A stretch of 64,000 nt of DNA from Eledone cirrhosa. Taxonomy: Eukaryota. Location: assembly GCA_964016885.1 (NCBI GenBank), contig OZ024744.1, positions 67,580,001 through 67,644,000 of the forward strand, read 5' to 3'. The notes beneath the pieces are model-generated. The model searched no databases. It worked only from the letters and a program-made list of their open reading frames with translations, and was not told where the DNA came from. Made by a program: the position numbers and the translations under genes. This document shows positions 10,687 to 22,259 of the stretch, one piece after another (the stretch's first letter is position 1; every line of letters begins with the position of its first letter).

Positions 10687-11643
10687 ACAATAACTTAACT
10701 CTACATCTATGCCAGAATAAAGTGGGGTACCCTTATCTTGGTTGTTAGCTGGTACCACAGTGAGGCAATATAATAAGTATTATATTCAGGTACAATCCAC
10801 TTAACCAAATTAGTTCACCAGGTGCGAATTCTAAATACATATCAAAGTGATGTACAGCCCATTTTTGCTATATATAGGTACCATATTGGGGTTCAGTCTA
10901 TCTACCATATCCGTCCTTACGTTGCATGCATTTGTGTATAACGTGCACCTCTTTTTGACCAGAAAACTGTCTGGAAAATGGAAAAACCTAGTTTCAGTGT
11001 ATAACATTTAGCTATGATGTATACCACACACCCCCAAAACAAACAAGGAAAAAAAATGAAAGAAAATGAAACATAGGTGAATACGGTAGTTGCAGTTATG
11101 TGCCTCATAAGCTTGTTGTTCAGCGTCAGGTAAACATTGATGGAATAAACATACAGTAAAAAGGTGTTCCATTTTGTTAGGTGTTTTTTTGTTGGGTTTT
11201 TTTTTGTACCTTTAAGACTATATAGTCCAACATGCCCGCTATTGTTTAACATGTCCTTTCTTTTTAAGACGGTTGGGTGTGATTTGAATGATATTTCGCA
11301 GCTATATATAGCAGGTCGAAGGACTATGTAGAGGCTTAGAATTAATTGCTCTAGAGATCAGAAGAAATGACAGGTTAAATGCTTTTAAATTATAAGTTAA
11401 TTTCTAACCAAGATTAACTTTAACCTTCGTGCTTTTAGAGTTGATAAAATTATTTCTAACCATGTACTGTGGTTGATAGTAGACCAACTTTAGCACTCTT
11501 CTACAAATTGTAACCTGGAGCAAAAATGCAAACTATATATCATTTTGAGAGTTATGTCCCTTGAATCATAAACTGATATCAGTACGTGTTAGAAAGCTTT
11601 TCCTCTAATGTATTTTCGATTCTATTAGTTTTAGCCCATAGAC

Positions 11644-11786
11644 CAGCGGTCGGCAACCTTTCGGACCTCATGAACCACTAGTATGATTTTTTTAAAAAAG
11701 ATAAATACATTAAAATTTTTCTGCGGACCACCAAAATTTTCTCTCAGACTACCAGTGATCCTCAGACCACCGGTTGATGACCGCTG
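11644..11786. mobile_element. hAT (Charlie-like) MITE
   Basis: TIR CAGCGGTC/GACCGCTG, with flanks CCATAGAC / GTCTAGAG resembling the NTCTAGAN target. Confidence 0.65.
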
Positions 11787-11941
11787 GTCTAGAGCATATG
11801 GCATTTATACGCTTAGTTCTCGACTTTGGTGTAATACATCTGGGGATAGAGGGAACTTAATTCATACATGATAAAACATAGGTCTAGATATATGTGAAGT
11901 GTTAGTTCTACCGACGATCTTTGTGGCTGTGTGGTGTAAAC

Positions 11942-12260
11942 CAGAGGTCCTCAACCACCGGGTCGCAGACCGGTACCGGTCCGTGGATCATTTGCTACCG
12001 GACAGCAAGGAAATAATTAACTTGTTTAAAATTATATAATAGATAAATTGAACATTGGACTTTTATTTTAAAAGATTTGTTTAAATATTCAATATTCATA
12101 TACTCAATACACTTTCTCTTCCCTTTAATAAATTTCTCTTTCTTTTATTACTCTCTTTATCGAAATCTACTTAAATAACACATTTGTGCAACTACCAGTC
12201 TGCAGAAAGATTGTCCGGCATGAAGCCTGTCCGTGGTATAAAGAGGGTTGGAAACCACTG
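11942..12260. mobile_element. hAT (Charlie/MER1-like) MITE with perfect 8-bp TSD
   Basis: CAGAGGTCCTCAACC ... GGTTGGAAACCACTG, with TSD GTGTAAAC at 11934-11941 and 12261-12268. Confidence 0.8.
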
Positions 12261-12744
12261 GTGTAAACCACAGAAATTGAAACCAAACCATCAGAAGGTC
12301 CTTAGTTCATATCCCGTAGGACACCTAAGGGTCAAGAACTATGTGGTATTGGTTCCCTTTAGAGTGTTAGGAGGAATCAAAGGCCGAAATACTTGTTTGA
12401 TGGGAGTTCTTCCTCTGAAGATATTCTTGCTATCCACTCACTCCATTGTGAGTTTCCACAGTCTAAAACTGGTTATCTCCATCACAAAAAAATCGCACAT
12501 TAATTTGTATAAAGTAAAAAATATGTAACATGTCTTATTGACAAATTTCGAGAGTGATCCTCGCGATAACGTTATCTTTTGTTTTGATAGATATTCGTTT
12601 GCCTACCTACCCCTTTCGCTTGCCTTTTGATGTATGTGGTCCAAGATGTGTGTATTACCTGCTTGTGTTTTTTTTTTCTTTTCCTTTTTTTTGTTTTTAT
12701 TTGTAATATTATTTATACAATTATGAATAAAATTTTGCACAGAA

Positions 12745-13440
12745 AAATGATAGTCTGGTTCTTGGATACAATGGCAACTGGCATAAAATGGAATTGGTCA
12801 GTCAAATGTTGGTATTTTGTTATTCACCACTCCTCTATATTACGGCCAGCAGCATCCATATTTGTGGACAAGGTAAAGAGGCTAGAGGCAAATAATATGT
12901 TGCAACGTGTCTAAGTCTAAGTCAGAAGCCTCGTTAGGCCAGTGCTTATCGCGGTTTCATGGCGTGAAGCAACTGAGGGTGCAACCCCCCCATGCAAGTC
13001 CATCGCAGGGTTAAACTCCCAGCTATTGCAGGTACTCATTTTAAGTTGAGTATACTGCAGCAACGTAAAATGAAGTATCTTGCCCAAGAACACAACAAGC
13101 AACACAGAAATTGAACCCAGGACATTATGATTGTAAGTCCAACATCCTTACCACTAGGCCACATGCCTCCACAGCTGCAACATGTGGCATCCTATATATG
13201 CAAACCACATTGACCAAGAAAACTGTTATTCCTCTGGGTGCCTACTATTCAAGGTTCAGACAAACAGGTTCCAATCATAGTGGGGAAACTGGCTCTTTCT
13301 TATGCTACCATTCAAGTTAACATATTGAAAGAACTGAACAGCTTTGTGGTAGCAAAAGAATACATGCACCTCAAACTCATTGACTGTAGATCCACAATGA
13401 TACATGTGTAGCTAGCTCATGTATCACGAATATCTAGGAG
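12745..13440 (-). pseudogene. Highly decayed CRE-like non-LTR retrotransposon C-terminus (zinc knuckle / restriction-like endonuclease)
   Basis: Minus-strand remnants HCGSTV..H..C (~13340-13405) and TKYQHLTDQFHFMPVAI (~12770-12820). Interrupted by a SINE. Confidence 0.4.
12912..13172 (-). mobile_element. tRNA-derived CORE-type SINE
   Basis: Minus strand: GTGGCCTAGTGG (A box), GGTTCAATTTC (B box), TTCTTGGGCAAGATACTT (CORE-like), then CCTGCGATGGAC. Confidence 0.7.
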
Positions 13441-13609
13441 TATTCCAAAACCCAGTTATCCTTCCATATAGGAAACATCCCATCTCTTCCACTTCAAACC
13501 ATTCATTTTCAGAGGTTTAAACTCCATAGAATTTTCTCCCCATGTATATGAATAACTTTTAATATATTTGTTTATAACCCTTTCAAGCATGGAAAATAGT
13601 TCTAAACTA

Positions 13610-13641
<32 letters not shown>

Positions 13642-13720
13642 GGTAGTGGTGGTGGTGGTGGTAATGATACTGATGATGATGATGATGATGATGGTGGTGA
13701 TGATGATGATGATGATTATG
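13610..13720. repeat. (ATG)n/(GTG)n trinucleotide repeat
   Basis: Directly visible. Confidence 0.9.
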
Positions 13721-13809
13721 GTATATGTGAATAACTGTCAATTTGTATGGTGCACACCCACTAGTAAAAGAAAAAAACATTTATACATGAGTTCAAGAAA
13801 ACATATATA

Positions 13810-13912
13810 CAGGGTGTCCCCAAAAATGTGTATACACACTCCAACAGCATTCTAATAAATATTGCCTGTGCAGGTAATCAAAATGTGTATACATTTTTGG
13901 GGGGACACCCTG
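13810..13912. mobile_element. Tc1/mariner-type MITE
   Basis: TIR CAGGGTGTCCCC-AAAAATGT / ACATTTTTGG..GGACACCCTG with TA flanks. Second copy at 31633-31734. Confidence 0.8.
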
Positions 13913-14373
13913 TATATATGTGAGTTTTAGAAAATACATAAATATGTACTTTCAAATTCCACTGCCTCTTTCAAATCACTTGATATATATACATATATAA
14001 ACACACACACACACATGCACACACACACATATATATATATATAAATGTGTGTGTGTGAGTGTATATATATATATATATATACATATGTATATATATATAT
14101 ATATACATTATATATATATACATACATACATATATATGTTTATATATATACATATATATATATGTTTATCTCTCCTCACTTCACCCCGTTCGCGAAGAAA
14201 GCAATTTCTCTCTTTCTCACATTGCATTCGTTCGTGAAAGGTCTTTTTTCTAAGCGCTCATATATTCACCTAGCTTATGCTAACAGAATAACTATGAAGC
14301 TTGTCTCCTTCCTTCTACGGTTAGCTCTACTCTTTGTTGTTTTCTTGTCTCACTCGCTTTACGCGTTTTAATT

Positions 14374-14474
14374 GTCCTAATAACTTAATTTAGTTATTAT
14401 TGCACCGACGTGAGGTATATGATTTTTAATGCAATGAAATATCTATGATCGTCGGCAAATCACTGATGAGGGAC
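14374..14474 (+). ncRNA. Candidate permuted/pseudoknotted hammerhead-like ribozyme (subfamily B, copy 1)
   Basis: Pairings GTCC/GGAC, hairpin TAATAACT/AGTTATTA, TTGCA/TGCAA, CCGACG/CGTCGG, AGGTAT/ATATCT and TGATTT/AAATCA. GAAA 14436-14439, CTGATGA 14463-14469, UA 14418-14419. Confidence 0.6.
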
Positions 14475-14886
14475 TTATTTTATTACATGTTATCCATGTG
14501 CTACCAGCAGTATTTTTCTCCCCATTTTATTACATATATTTACCCAAACTGTGATTCTGTTTTTCTCTCTCTCTCTCTCTTACTGCTCCCCCATTCTCTC
14601 TGTTTCTCCTACTTTCTTTCGCCCCCTCTGTCATGTCAGTTAACTCTTCCTCACACTTCCACTCACTCACTCACTGTTTCTCCTCTCCTCACTTCACCCC
14701 GTTCGCGAAGAAAGCAATTTCTCTCTTTCTCACATTGCATTCGTTCGTGAAAGGTCTTTTTTCTAAGCGCTCATATATTCACCTAGCTTATGCTAACAGA
14801 ATAACTATGAAGCTTGTCTCCTTCCTTCTATGGTTAGCTCTACTCTTTGTTGTTTTCTTGTCTCACTCGCTTTACGCGTTTTAATT

Positions 14887-14987
14887 GTCCTAATAACTTA
14901 ATTTAGTTATTATTGCACCGACGTGAGGTATATGATTTTTAATGCAATGAAATATCTATGATCGTCGGCAAATCACTGATGAGGGAC
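14887..14987 (+). ncRNA. Candidate permuted/pseudoknotted hammerhead-like ribozyme (subfamily B, copy 2)
   Basis: Identical to 14374-14474, shifted by 513 bp. Confidence 0.6.
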
Positions 14988-15044
14988 TTATTTTATTACA
15001 TTTTATCCATGTGCTACCAGTAGTATTTTTCTCCCCATTTTATT

Positions 15045-15086
<42 letters not shown>

Positions 15087-15869
15087 ACACACATATATAT
15101 ATATATTTTAAATTGGCCAAAAGCCAAAAAAATTGTTAAAGGATCTGATAAATATTTGTGAACCCCATTTACTTTATCGACCCAGCAGCAGTAGTTAAAG
15201 ACAGTTTATTCCCAGTGGAATTTGAACTCAAAACATAGAGACATATATAACTAAATATTGCAATGTATTTTTTTTCTATCATTACATCACGCAACCAACT
15301 CAACCAATTCAATTAAATTAAGTAATTACCACCAAACACACACACACACATCCACACATATATACACACATATATACATACATATATACACACATATATG
15401 CATACACATATATACACACATATATACATACTGGGCAAAGAGCCACAAAATACTAAAGGATGAGATAGATTTAATTGAATTTGTTCCAGTACCTGATTGC
15501 CTCATGTTTTTATGAAACAGGCATAATTAAAAGAGAAGTTGTCACTACTGGGATTCAGATGAAGAATATAAAGGTTCTGGAATTAAATAGCATTAATTGA
15601 GTAGTTTGGCTTTTTACCATATCAGTCAAACACACTGATGGAGGAAAGAGAAGAGAAAATAAAGAATCTGTATGGAGAATTATTTCAAATAAGGGAATTT
15701 CTGAAGTTAAAAAAGAAGGATTAAATCAGTAGGAGAGATATATTTCTATAAATATTTTGAGTTTGCCATTCAGGCACCACAATAAAAAGCATCTAGTCCA
15801 CTCTGTAAGGTGGCCGTGCTGGTATCATGATAAAAAAGCACCCAGTCCACCTGTAAAGTGGTTGGCATA

Positions 15870-16146
15870 CTGAAGCATAGAACAAACTACCTGCATCAGT
15901 TGTTAGCTGTTGAGACACTGCATCATTTAAAACCTCCATGCTTCCTGAAATGCACCAACACTACACCTGATATTTCCCCTACATACACACGAAGGCATGT
16001 ATCTGTGTGTATATCATGACTCACACACTGTTCACTTTCCTGACATTTTTACATTATTCTATGTACTATACATGCACCTTTGATGAGTTGTAGTGCACCT
16101 GAGCACTGTACACCATAATTTCATTATTATTATTATTATTATTATT
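15870..16146 (+). mobile_element. CR1-clade LINE 3' fragment
   Basis: Matches 45630-45900 and ends in (ATT)n. Confidence 0.75.
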
Positions 16147-16189
16147 TTATAAGAGTTATATACAAATGTATATATTCATGAATACATTC

Positions 16190-16600
16190 ATGTATGATGG
16201 AGTGATTGGTGTGGTTGATAGAAACAGATATCCAGGAAGTGGATGGAAGTGGTGGAGATGAGGTGGTGCAGTCAAGGGTAGGGTGGAAGGAACAGAAAAA
16301 GGAGAGGAAGGAATTGAGCTATAATTGGTTAAATAACATGGTACCAATGCAGTCATCAATATAATGTCTGTATAGCTTGGAAGTGGGGCCGATACATTGG
16401 GAAAAGATTTGGACCTCAACATAGCTGTTGAATAAGTTGGCATAGCTGGGACCCATTCTTGAGCCTATGACCATGCCTGTCATCTGGTATATCTCACCTG
16501 AGAAAAAGAAACAGTAGAAGGTGAGAACCAGTTCAACCAGGTGGAGAAGGGTGGGACGATAAGTGATGGTCAAGGAAATGCTGGAGGGCCTTGAGGCCCT
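16190..16600 (-). pseudogene. Second PLE family reverse-transcriptase fragment (Neptune-like)
   Basis: GMVIGSRMGPSYANLF...LYRHYIDDCIG corresponds to PLE RT motifs B and C. Confidence 0.65.
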
Positions 16601-16784
16601 TGGTGTGGGGGATGACAATATTGAAGGAATTAATATTGAATCCAACTTGGACTTTAATTAATGATGTTAATAGCGGTTGTCTTGTTTTTAATCTTCAAAT
16701 TCAATTATTTTTTGTCTTTACTTGAACCTTTTCTCTGTTTCTCCATTGTGATCCTGTCTCTATTTTGTACTCCTGAAAAAGGGC

Positions 16785-17099
16785 TTAAAGTTGAGAGAGA
16801 AACTGTGAATAAGAGGGATAAGTTGTAGGGAGAGAAGACTGTGATGGTATGGACATATGATGCATATGGAGGATGACCGCCGGTTAAAGAAGTACCAAGA
16901 AATGCCAGTAGAAGGAAGACGCAGTAGAAGAAAATCATGAAAAACATGGGCGGAGGTGGTGAGAGCTGATCTCATATCGCTGAAGCTCACGGAGGAGATG
17001 ACGAAGGACTGTGATAAGTGGAGAGATGCTGTGCTGAACAGGTCCCATCCTACCCTTGCAAGCAGGGAAAAGTGGACGTAAAATGATGATGATGATGAT
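16785..17099 (+). mobile_element. RTE LINE 3' fragment (short-UTR family)
   Basis: WYGHM.HM..EGRRSR..KTW remnants and a (GAT)n tail. Same family as 33628-33995. Confidence 0.75.
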
Positions 17100-17367
17100 A
17101 TATATATATGTGTGTGTGTGTGTGTATATATAAGATACAAAGCTTAGCTCAATAGTGCTTCCACTATGATTATATAGCTTCAAATTGAATGAAAATTTGA
17201 TGGTTGACGTATTGGTGTAATGGTTAGCACTGCGGTCATGATAGCTAAAGATGTGGGTTTGTGTCACAATGCTGATCCTTTCTCCATTCTGTGGGTTTTT
17301 ATAACTCCAAACTATTAGGCTAATTTACTTAGTCAAAAATACAGTGAAAGCACTATTTCACTATCTA

Positions 17368-17423
<56 letters not shown>

Positions 17424-17513
17424 TAGATAGTGAAATAGTGCTTTCACTGTATTTTTGTTATCCTTTCAATATATCGTTCTTGTTATCCTTTCAATATATA
17501 TAAATATATATAT

Positions 17514-17792
17514 GCAAAAGTTCTATTTAAAATTGTTGGGATACAACAAGCAAATATTTTATAACTGATATAAAGCACTCGACAAGTTTTTGGAGTAGAT
17601 ATACGATATTAATAAATGGAAACTATATTTATAAAACCATATTTATTTCATTATACATATTTCAGGGATACCAAATTAAAATATGGTATGCCTTCATCAG
17701 ACAAAATACAATATATAAACAGTTTTATAAATAATTTTGACGTACCCTATTAAATGCAACCATTATTTTTGGAAGCTGTCTGGATAGTGAAA
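17514..17792 (-). mobile_element. Solo PLE pseudo-LTR fragment
   Basis: Homologous to 3612-3850 and 38793-39040. (TA)n flanks. Confidence 0.65.
17644..17710 (-). ncRNA. Minimal type I hammerhead ribozyme
   Basis: Minus strand: TATTTTGT CTGATGA AGG-CATACCA..TGGTAT-CCCT GAAA TATGTA TA ATGAAATA. Confidence 0.72.
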
Positions 17793-17805
17793 TATATATA
17801 TATAA

Positions 17806-17863
<58 letters not shown>

Positions 17864-17868
<5 letters not shown>

Positions 17869-18488
17869 AAAGGATAACAAGGACGATTGATTATTCCTTC
17901 ATTGCATTTATTGATAGATGACGCGCGTGTCACCACTGATCATCTCAAGGTTCGATCTGTATCGATCCTGCCCGACTCAATAATCGGCAGCTCGACGGAC
18001 CCTCTTAAAATGCTATAAGAAAATGAAATACATGCTATGTGGTAAAGTCAGAAGTTCAAGAGTTTGACAATATGAGTTGTTTTGATTGGTGGGAAGGGTC
18101 AAAGGGATGTACTGGACTGTAGTGTATGTAGGGGTGGATGTGATGGTGAGATGTTGGTGACGGTCGCCTGATGAGATGGGCTGTGGTGTGGTGGTGGCGG
18201 GTTGGCCTTGGCCTGTAGTGTATGTGGGGGTAGATGTGATAATAAGATGGTGGTTATGGTCACTTACTGGGATGGACTGTGGTGTGAAGTTAGTGGGTTG
18301 TCGATAGACAGGTTGGCATGTGTGGGGGTGTGGTTGTGGTGTTGTTGTTTATGGTAGTGGCGTTTGTGGTGGTGTGGTGGATGTGTTGGTGGTGTCGAGT
18401 CCTTGGGGAGATACATACCTAGACACTCATAGTCTGACAAATACGTTGTCATACATATATGTATACATGCGCATATATACTGATATAT

Positions 18489-18559
<71 letters not shown>

Positions 18560-19390
18560 TATATACACATATATGCATACATGAACGCATATGTATACGC
18601 ACGTATATGTAAAAAATACTTACACACAGACACACACACTTGCGTTGGTTTGGGAGGGGAGGTATGTGTTGGCGGTGTTGATGAAGTATGGAGTTGTGTC
18701 TTGTGGCGGTGGTGGTGGAGTTGTCAACGACAAAAATATACAGGATCGAATAGTACGGTGGGTTACAGGTTAAAAGGTGACATAGGGAACACGGGGGGGG
18801 GGGAAGAGTTTAGGGACGTATAGTGATGTGTGTTGTGGTCATGGTGGTGGTGCTGGTGCTGGGGTGATATGTTCAACAAAATGATTACATGATCAGAAGT
18901 TACGGTGGGTTACAGGGTAAGCCAGATGGGGGGGGGGGATATAACACAGTCGATCTGGGAGTGAGGGATTGAGGGATGATATGTGTTGATGATGTTAATG
19001 ATTGTTGAAGTTTGTGGATGTATCTAGTGGTGGCAGTGGTGGTGTGTCCCTTTGACCCTTCCCACCAATCAAAACAACTCATATTGTCAAACTCTTGAAA
19101 TTCTGACTTTACCACATAGCATGTATTTCATTTTCTTATGGCATTTTAAAGGGTCCGTCGAGCTGCCGATCATTGAGTCGGGCAGGATCGATACAGATCG
19201 AACCTTGAGCTGATCAGTGGCGAACGCGCGTCATCTATCAATAAATGTAATGAAGGAGTAACCAATCGTCCTTGTTATCTTTTCAATATATTACACTCTC
19301 TATAGCTCTACACCTCATCACAGAAGCGAACCTAAACATCGAGTGCTCACCCGGGTGAACCTGCAGTAACTCCAAGTTACACACCCTGGA
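17864..19390. mobile_element. Foldback element with ~244-bp inverted repeats (17864-18107 / 19047-19290), probably PLE-derived
   Basis: The arms are clear reverse complements. They carry GAACGCGCGTC followed by AATAAA. (TA)n flanks. Confidence 0.6.
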
Positions 19391-19648
19391 TATATATATA
19401 TTAGATAGTGAAATGTACATGTATATAATAGAATGATTTTCCATAGGGAACAGAAGGAAGCCCCAGTTAAAATAAGATACTCAATTCATCAAGTTGAGAG
19501 GGTACTAGATTATATTTCAAATAGAAATGATTTTTAGCAGTACTAGCAGACTAGTACTGTTAAAGTCAATGGCAAAATGCTCAGGAATGAAACAGAACTT
19601 GTTGTTTAGAAGTAATTTCTATTCAAAATAAAATTTGTGCATATATAT

Positions 19649-19968
19649 ATCATCATCATCATCATCATCATCATCATTTTATGTCCGCTTTTCCCTGCTT
19701 GCAAGGGTGGGACGGGAACTGATTCTGGCTTGATTTCTACAGCTGGATGCCTTTCCTAACACCAACCTCATTTACAGTGTGGGCTGGGTGCTTTTTTTGC
19801 CGTGGCACCTCCATTACTACTTTGCAGTGGAATGATAGGGACCCCAGTCCCTATCATCTCATTTCTACAGCTGAGTAAACTGGAGCAATGTGAAATAAAG
19901 TGTCTTGCTCAAGGAAACAGGACACTTTATTTCATATTGCTGCTGTTTACTCAGCTGTAGGAATGAGA
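19649..19968 (-). mobile_element. CORE-type SINE (5'-truncated, partial internal inversion)
   Basis: Reverse complement of 4430-4700. Confidence 0.7.
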
Positions 19969-19981
19969 TATACACACAAAC

Positions 19982-20016
<35 letters not shown>

Positions 20017-20282
20017 CAACCAAGGAAGGAGGCCATTCAGATTCCACTCTGTAAGGTGGTGTTGTTGGTATCATGATAAAAAAAAGCAGCCAGTCCACCT
20101 GTAAAGGGGTTGGCATTAGGAAGGGCATCCTGCCACAGAAAATCCAGCCCAAAACAGATCTGTACAAGCAAGTGTCATCATCCTCACCACTTTTAATCAG
20201 CAATGAGGATGTTGATGATATACATACATGTTTCATACTATCCAACAGTGTAGACTAATCAATTACGTAGCAATTGTTTCTA

Positions 20283-20524
20283 CCTCCATCAGTTGTTAGC
20301 TGTCGGGACACTACGTCCTTCAAAACTTCCATGCTACCCGAAATTCGTCAACATTACACCTGATAACCCCCCCCCGACACATGCATGTATATATCTGTAT
20401 GTATATCATGACTCATACACTGTTCACTTTCCTGACATTTGTAAATTATTCTAAATACTCTACATGCCCCTTTGATGAGTTGAAGTGCATCTGAGCAATT
20501 TACACAATAATTTTCATTATTATT
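20283..20524 (+). mobile_element. CR1-clade LINE 3' fragment
   Basis: Matches 45655-45900. Confidence 0.7.
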
Positions 20525-20526
20525 AG

Positions 20527-20715
20527 TGGATTGGCAGTATCGGTAGAGGGTCGGATGCTATGCTTTGCAGCATAGTTATATCCCTTTACGGTCTGAGTTC
20601 AAATCCCGTCGAGATTAACTTTGCCTTTCATCCTTACGGGGTCCATAAAATAAAGTACCAGTAATGCACTGGGTATTTACTGGCCTTGTGCCAAATGTAG
20701 AAACAATTATTATTA
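20527..20715 (+). mobile_element. tRNA-derived SINE with Meta/MESC-like central domain
   Basis: TGGCAGTATCGG..GAGTTCAAATCCC..GCCTTTCATCCTTACGGGGTC.ATAAAATAAAGTACCAG. Other copies at ~2298, 26210-26705, 27950-28090(-), 35097-35282, 41025-41175(-), 54085-54225(-) and 54697-55090. Confidence 0.7.
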
Positions 20716-20844
20716 TAAAACTAAACATTCACAGACATAACCTTAACACCTTTGAATTTTTCTAATGGAAATCATGAGAGGAACAGGTTAAAGAAATGGC
20801 AGATAAAATTGAAGATTGGTAGGACATGTGAAACCCAGAGTTAT

Positions 20845-21275
20845 AATAATGAAAATTATTGTGTACAGTGCTCAGGTGCACTACAACTCATCAAAGATGC
20901 ATGTATAGTCTATAGAATAATGTACAAATGTCAGGAAAGTGAACAGTGTGTGAATCATTATACACACATACGCACACAGATAGTGTTGGCAAATTTTGGG
21001 AAGCATGGAAGTTTCAAAGGTGGCAGTGTCATGGCAGCTAACAACTGATGAAGGTAGTTTGTTCCATGCTTCAGCAACTCTGAGCATGAAAAAATGTTTC
21101 CGAAAGTCATGGAAGCTGTGCTGTTTTCTGATTTTGTAAACGGGACACATGGAATTCAAAAAGGCACTCAGGGTTGTTGTTGGCAATATGGTCAATAATT
21201 TTGTGGGTGTTTACCAAGTCAGTTACCAGAGGTCAGAGCTTCAATATATCCATACCCAGTGAAGCAAGGTGTTCC
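20845..21275 (-). mobile_element. CR1-clade LINE 3' fragment
   Basis: ORF remnant YKIRKQHSFHDFRKHFFMLRVAEAWNKLP. Confidence 0.8.
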
Positions 21276-21439
21276 AAGGTTTATTTATCTGGGAGTCAGT
21301 AAAATGTAAACAAACTAATCAACCAACAAGTCGACAATAAAAAAAAATGGTACCAGATATTACAACAAATGCAGAAACAACTACAACCACTATACCACCC
21401 ACCAGCAGAAGATATAACAAAAGACACTATGACGCCTAC

Positions 21440-22044
21440 CCCATCACCATAGCCACTGCCACTCCCACCATGACCAACATCATCATCACCATCATCGCCA
21501 CCACCATTAATACTACCAACACCCAACCCATCATCATCACCTCCACTACCAACACCACTACCAACACCACCAACAACAACATCATCATCATCACCATCAC
21601 TCCTAACACCACCACCACCACCACCACTACCAATACCACTGCCAACATCACCAACACCACTACCACCACCACCACCACCACCACCAACATCATCATCACC
21701 ACCACTGCTGCTACCACTACCAATACCACCGACACCAACCCATCACCACCAACACCACTACCAACACCACTACTACCACTACCGACAACATCATCATCAC
21801 CACCACTGCCGCCACCATCACCAATACCACCAACGCCAACCCATCACCAACACCACAACCACCAACCCATCACCAACACCACAACCACCATCACCAACAC
21901 CTCCACCATTACCACTAGAATCAACAGCAACACCACTAACAGCACCACTACCAACATCACCACCAACATCACCTTTACCAACAACCCCCCTCTACGACCA
22001 ACACACCTAACACCAACATCAACACCACCACCACCACCACCACC
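21440..22044. repeat. (CAC/CAA/CAT)n degenerate trinucleotide repeat
   Basis: Directly visible. Confidence 0.85.
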
Positions 22045-22259
22045 TCAGGTATTTCTGACTGACCTGACTGAGAGGTATTGCCTGGACTTCCCTAATACAC
22101 TGTGGACTTGACCAAACTCAAACAGGTTACCCAGATCATATTTAGACAGAGCAGAGTATTCCTTGTGTTAATCCATAGAGATTGTTTAACCCTTTAGCAT
22201 TTACATTACTCTATATATACTTTTATATTTTCACAGTAAAGTCTTTACCTCATATAATT

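Larger units (their letters stand above)
14169..15046 (+). mobile_element. Non-coding retrozyme-like / PLE-derived element, 1.7 tandem copies of a 513-bp unit
   Basis: 14171-14533 is repeated almost exactly at 14684-15046. Flanked by (TA)/(CA) tracts. Homologous to 2933-3578. Confidence 0.65.
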
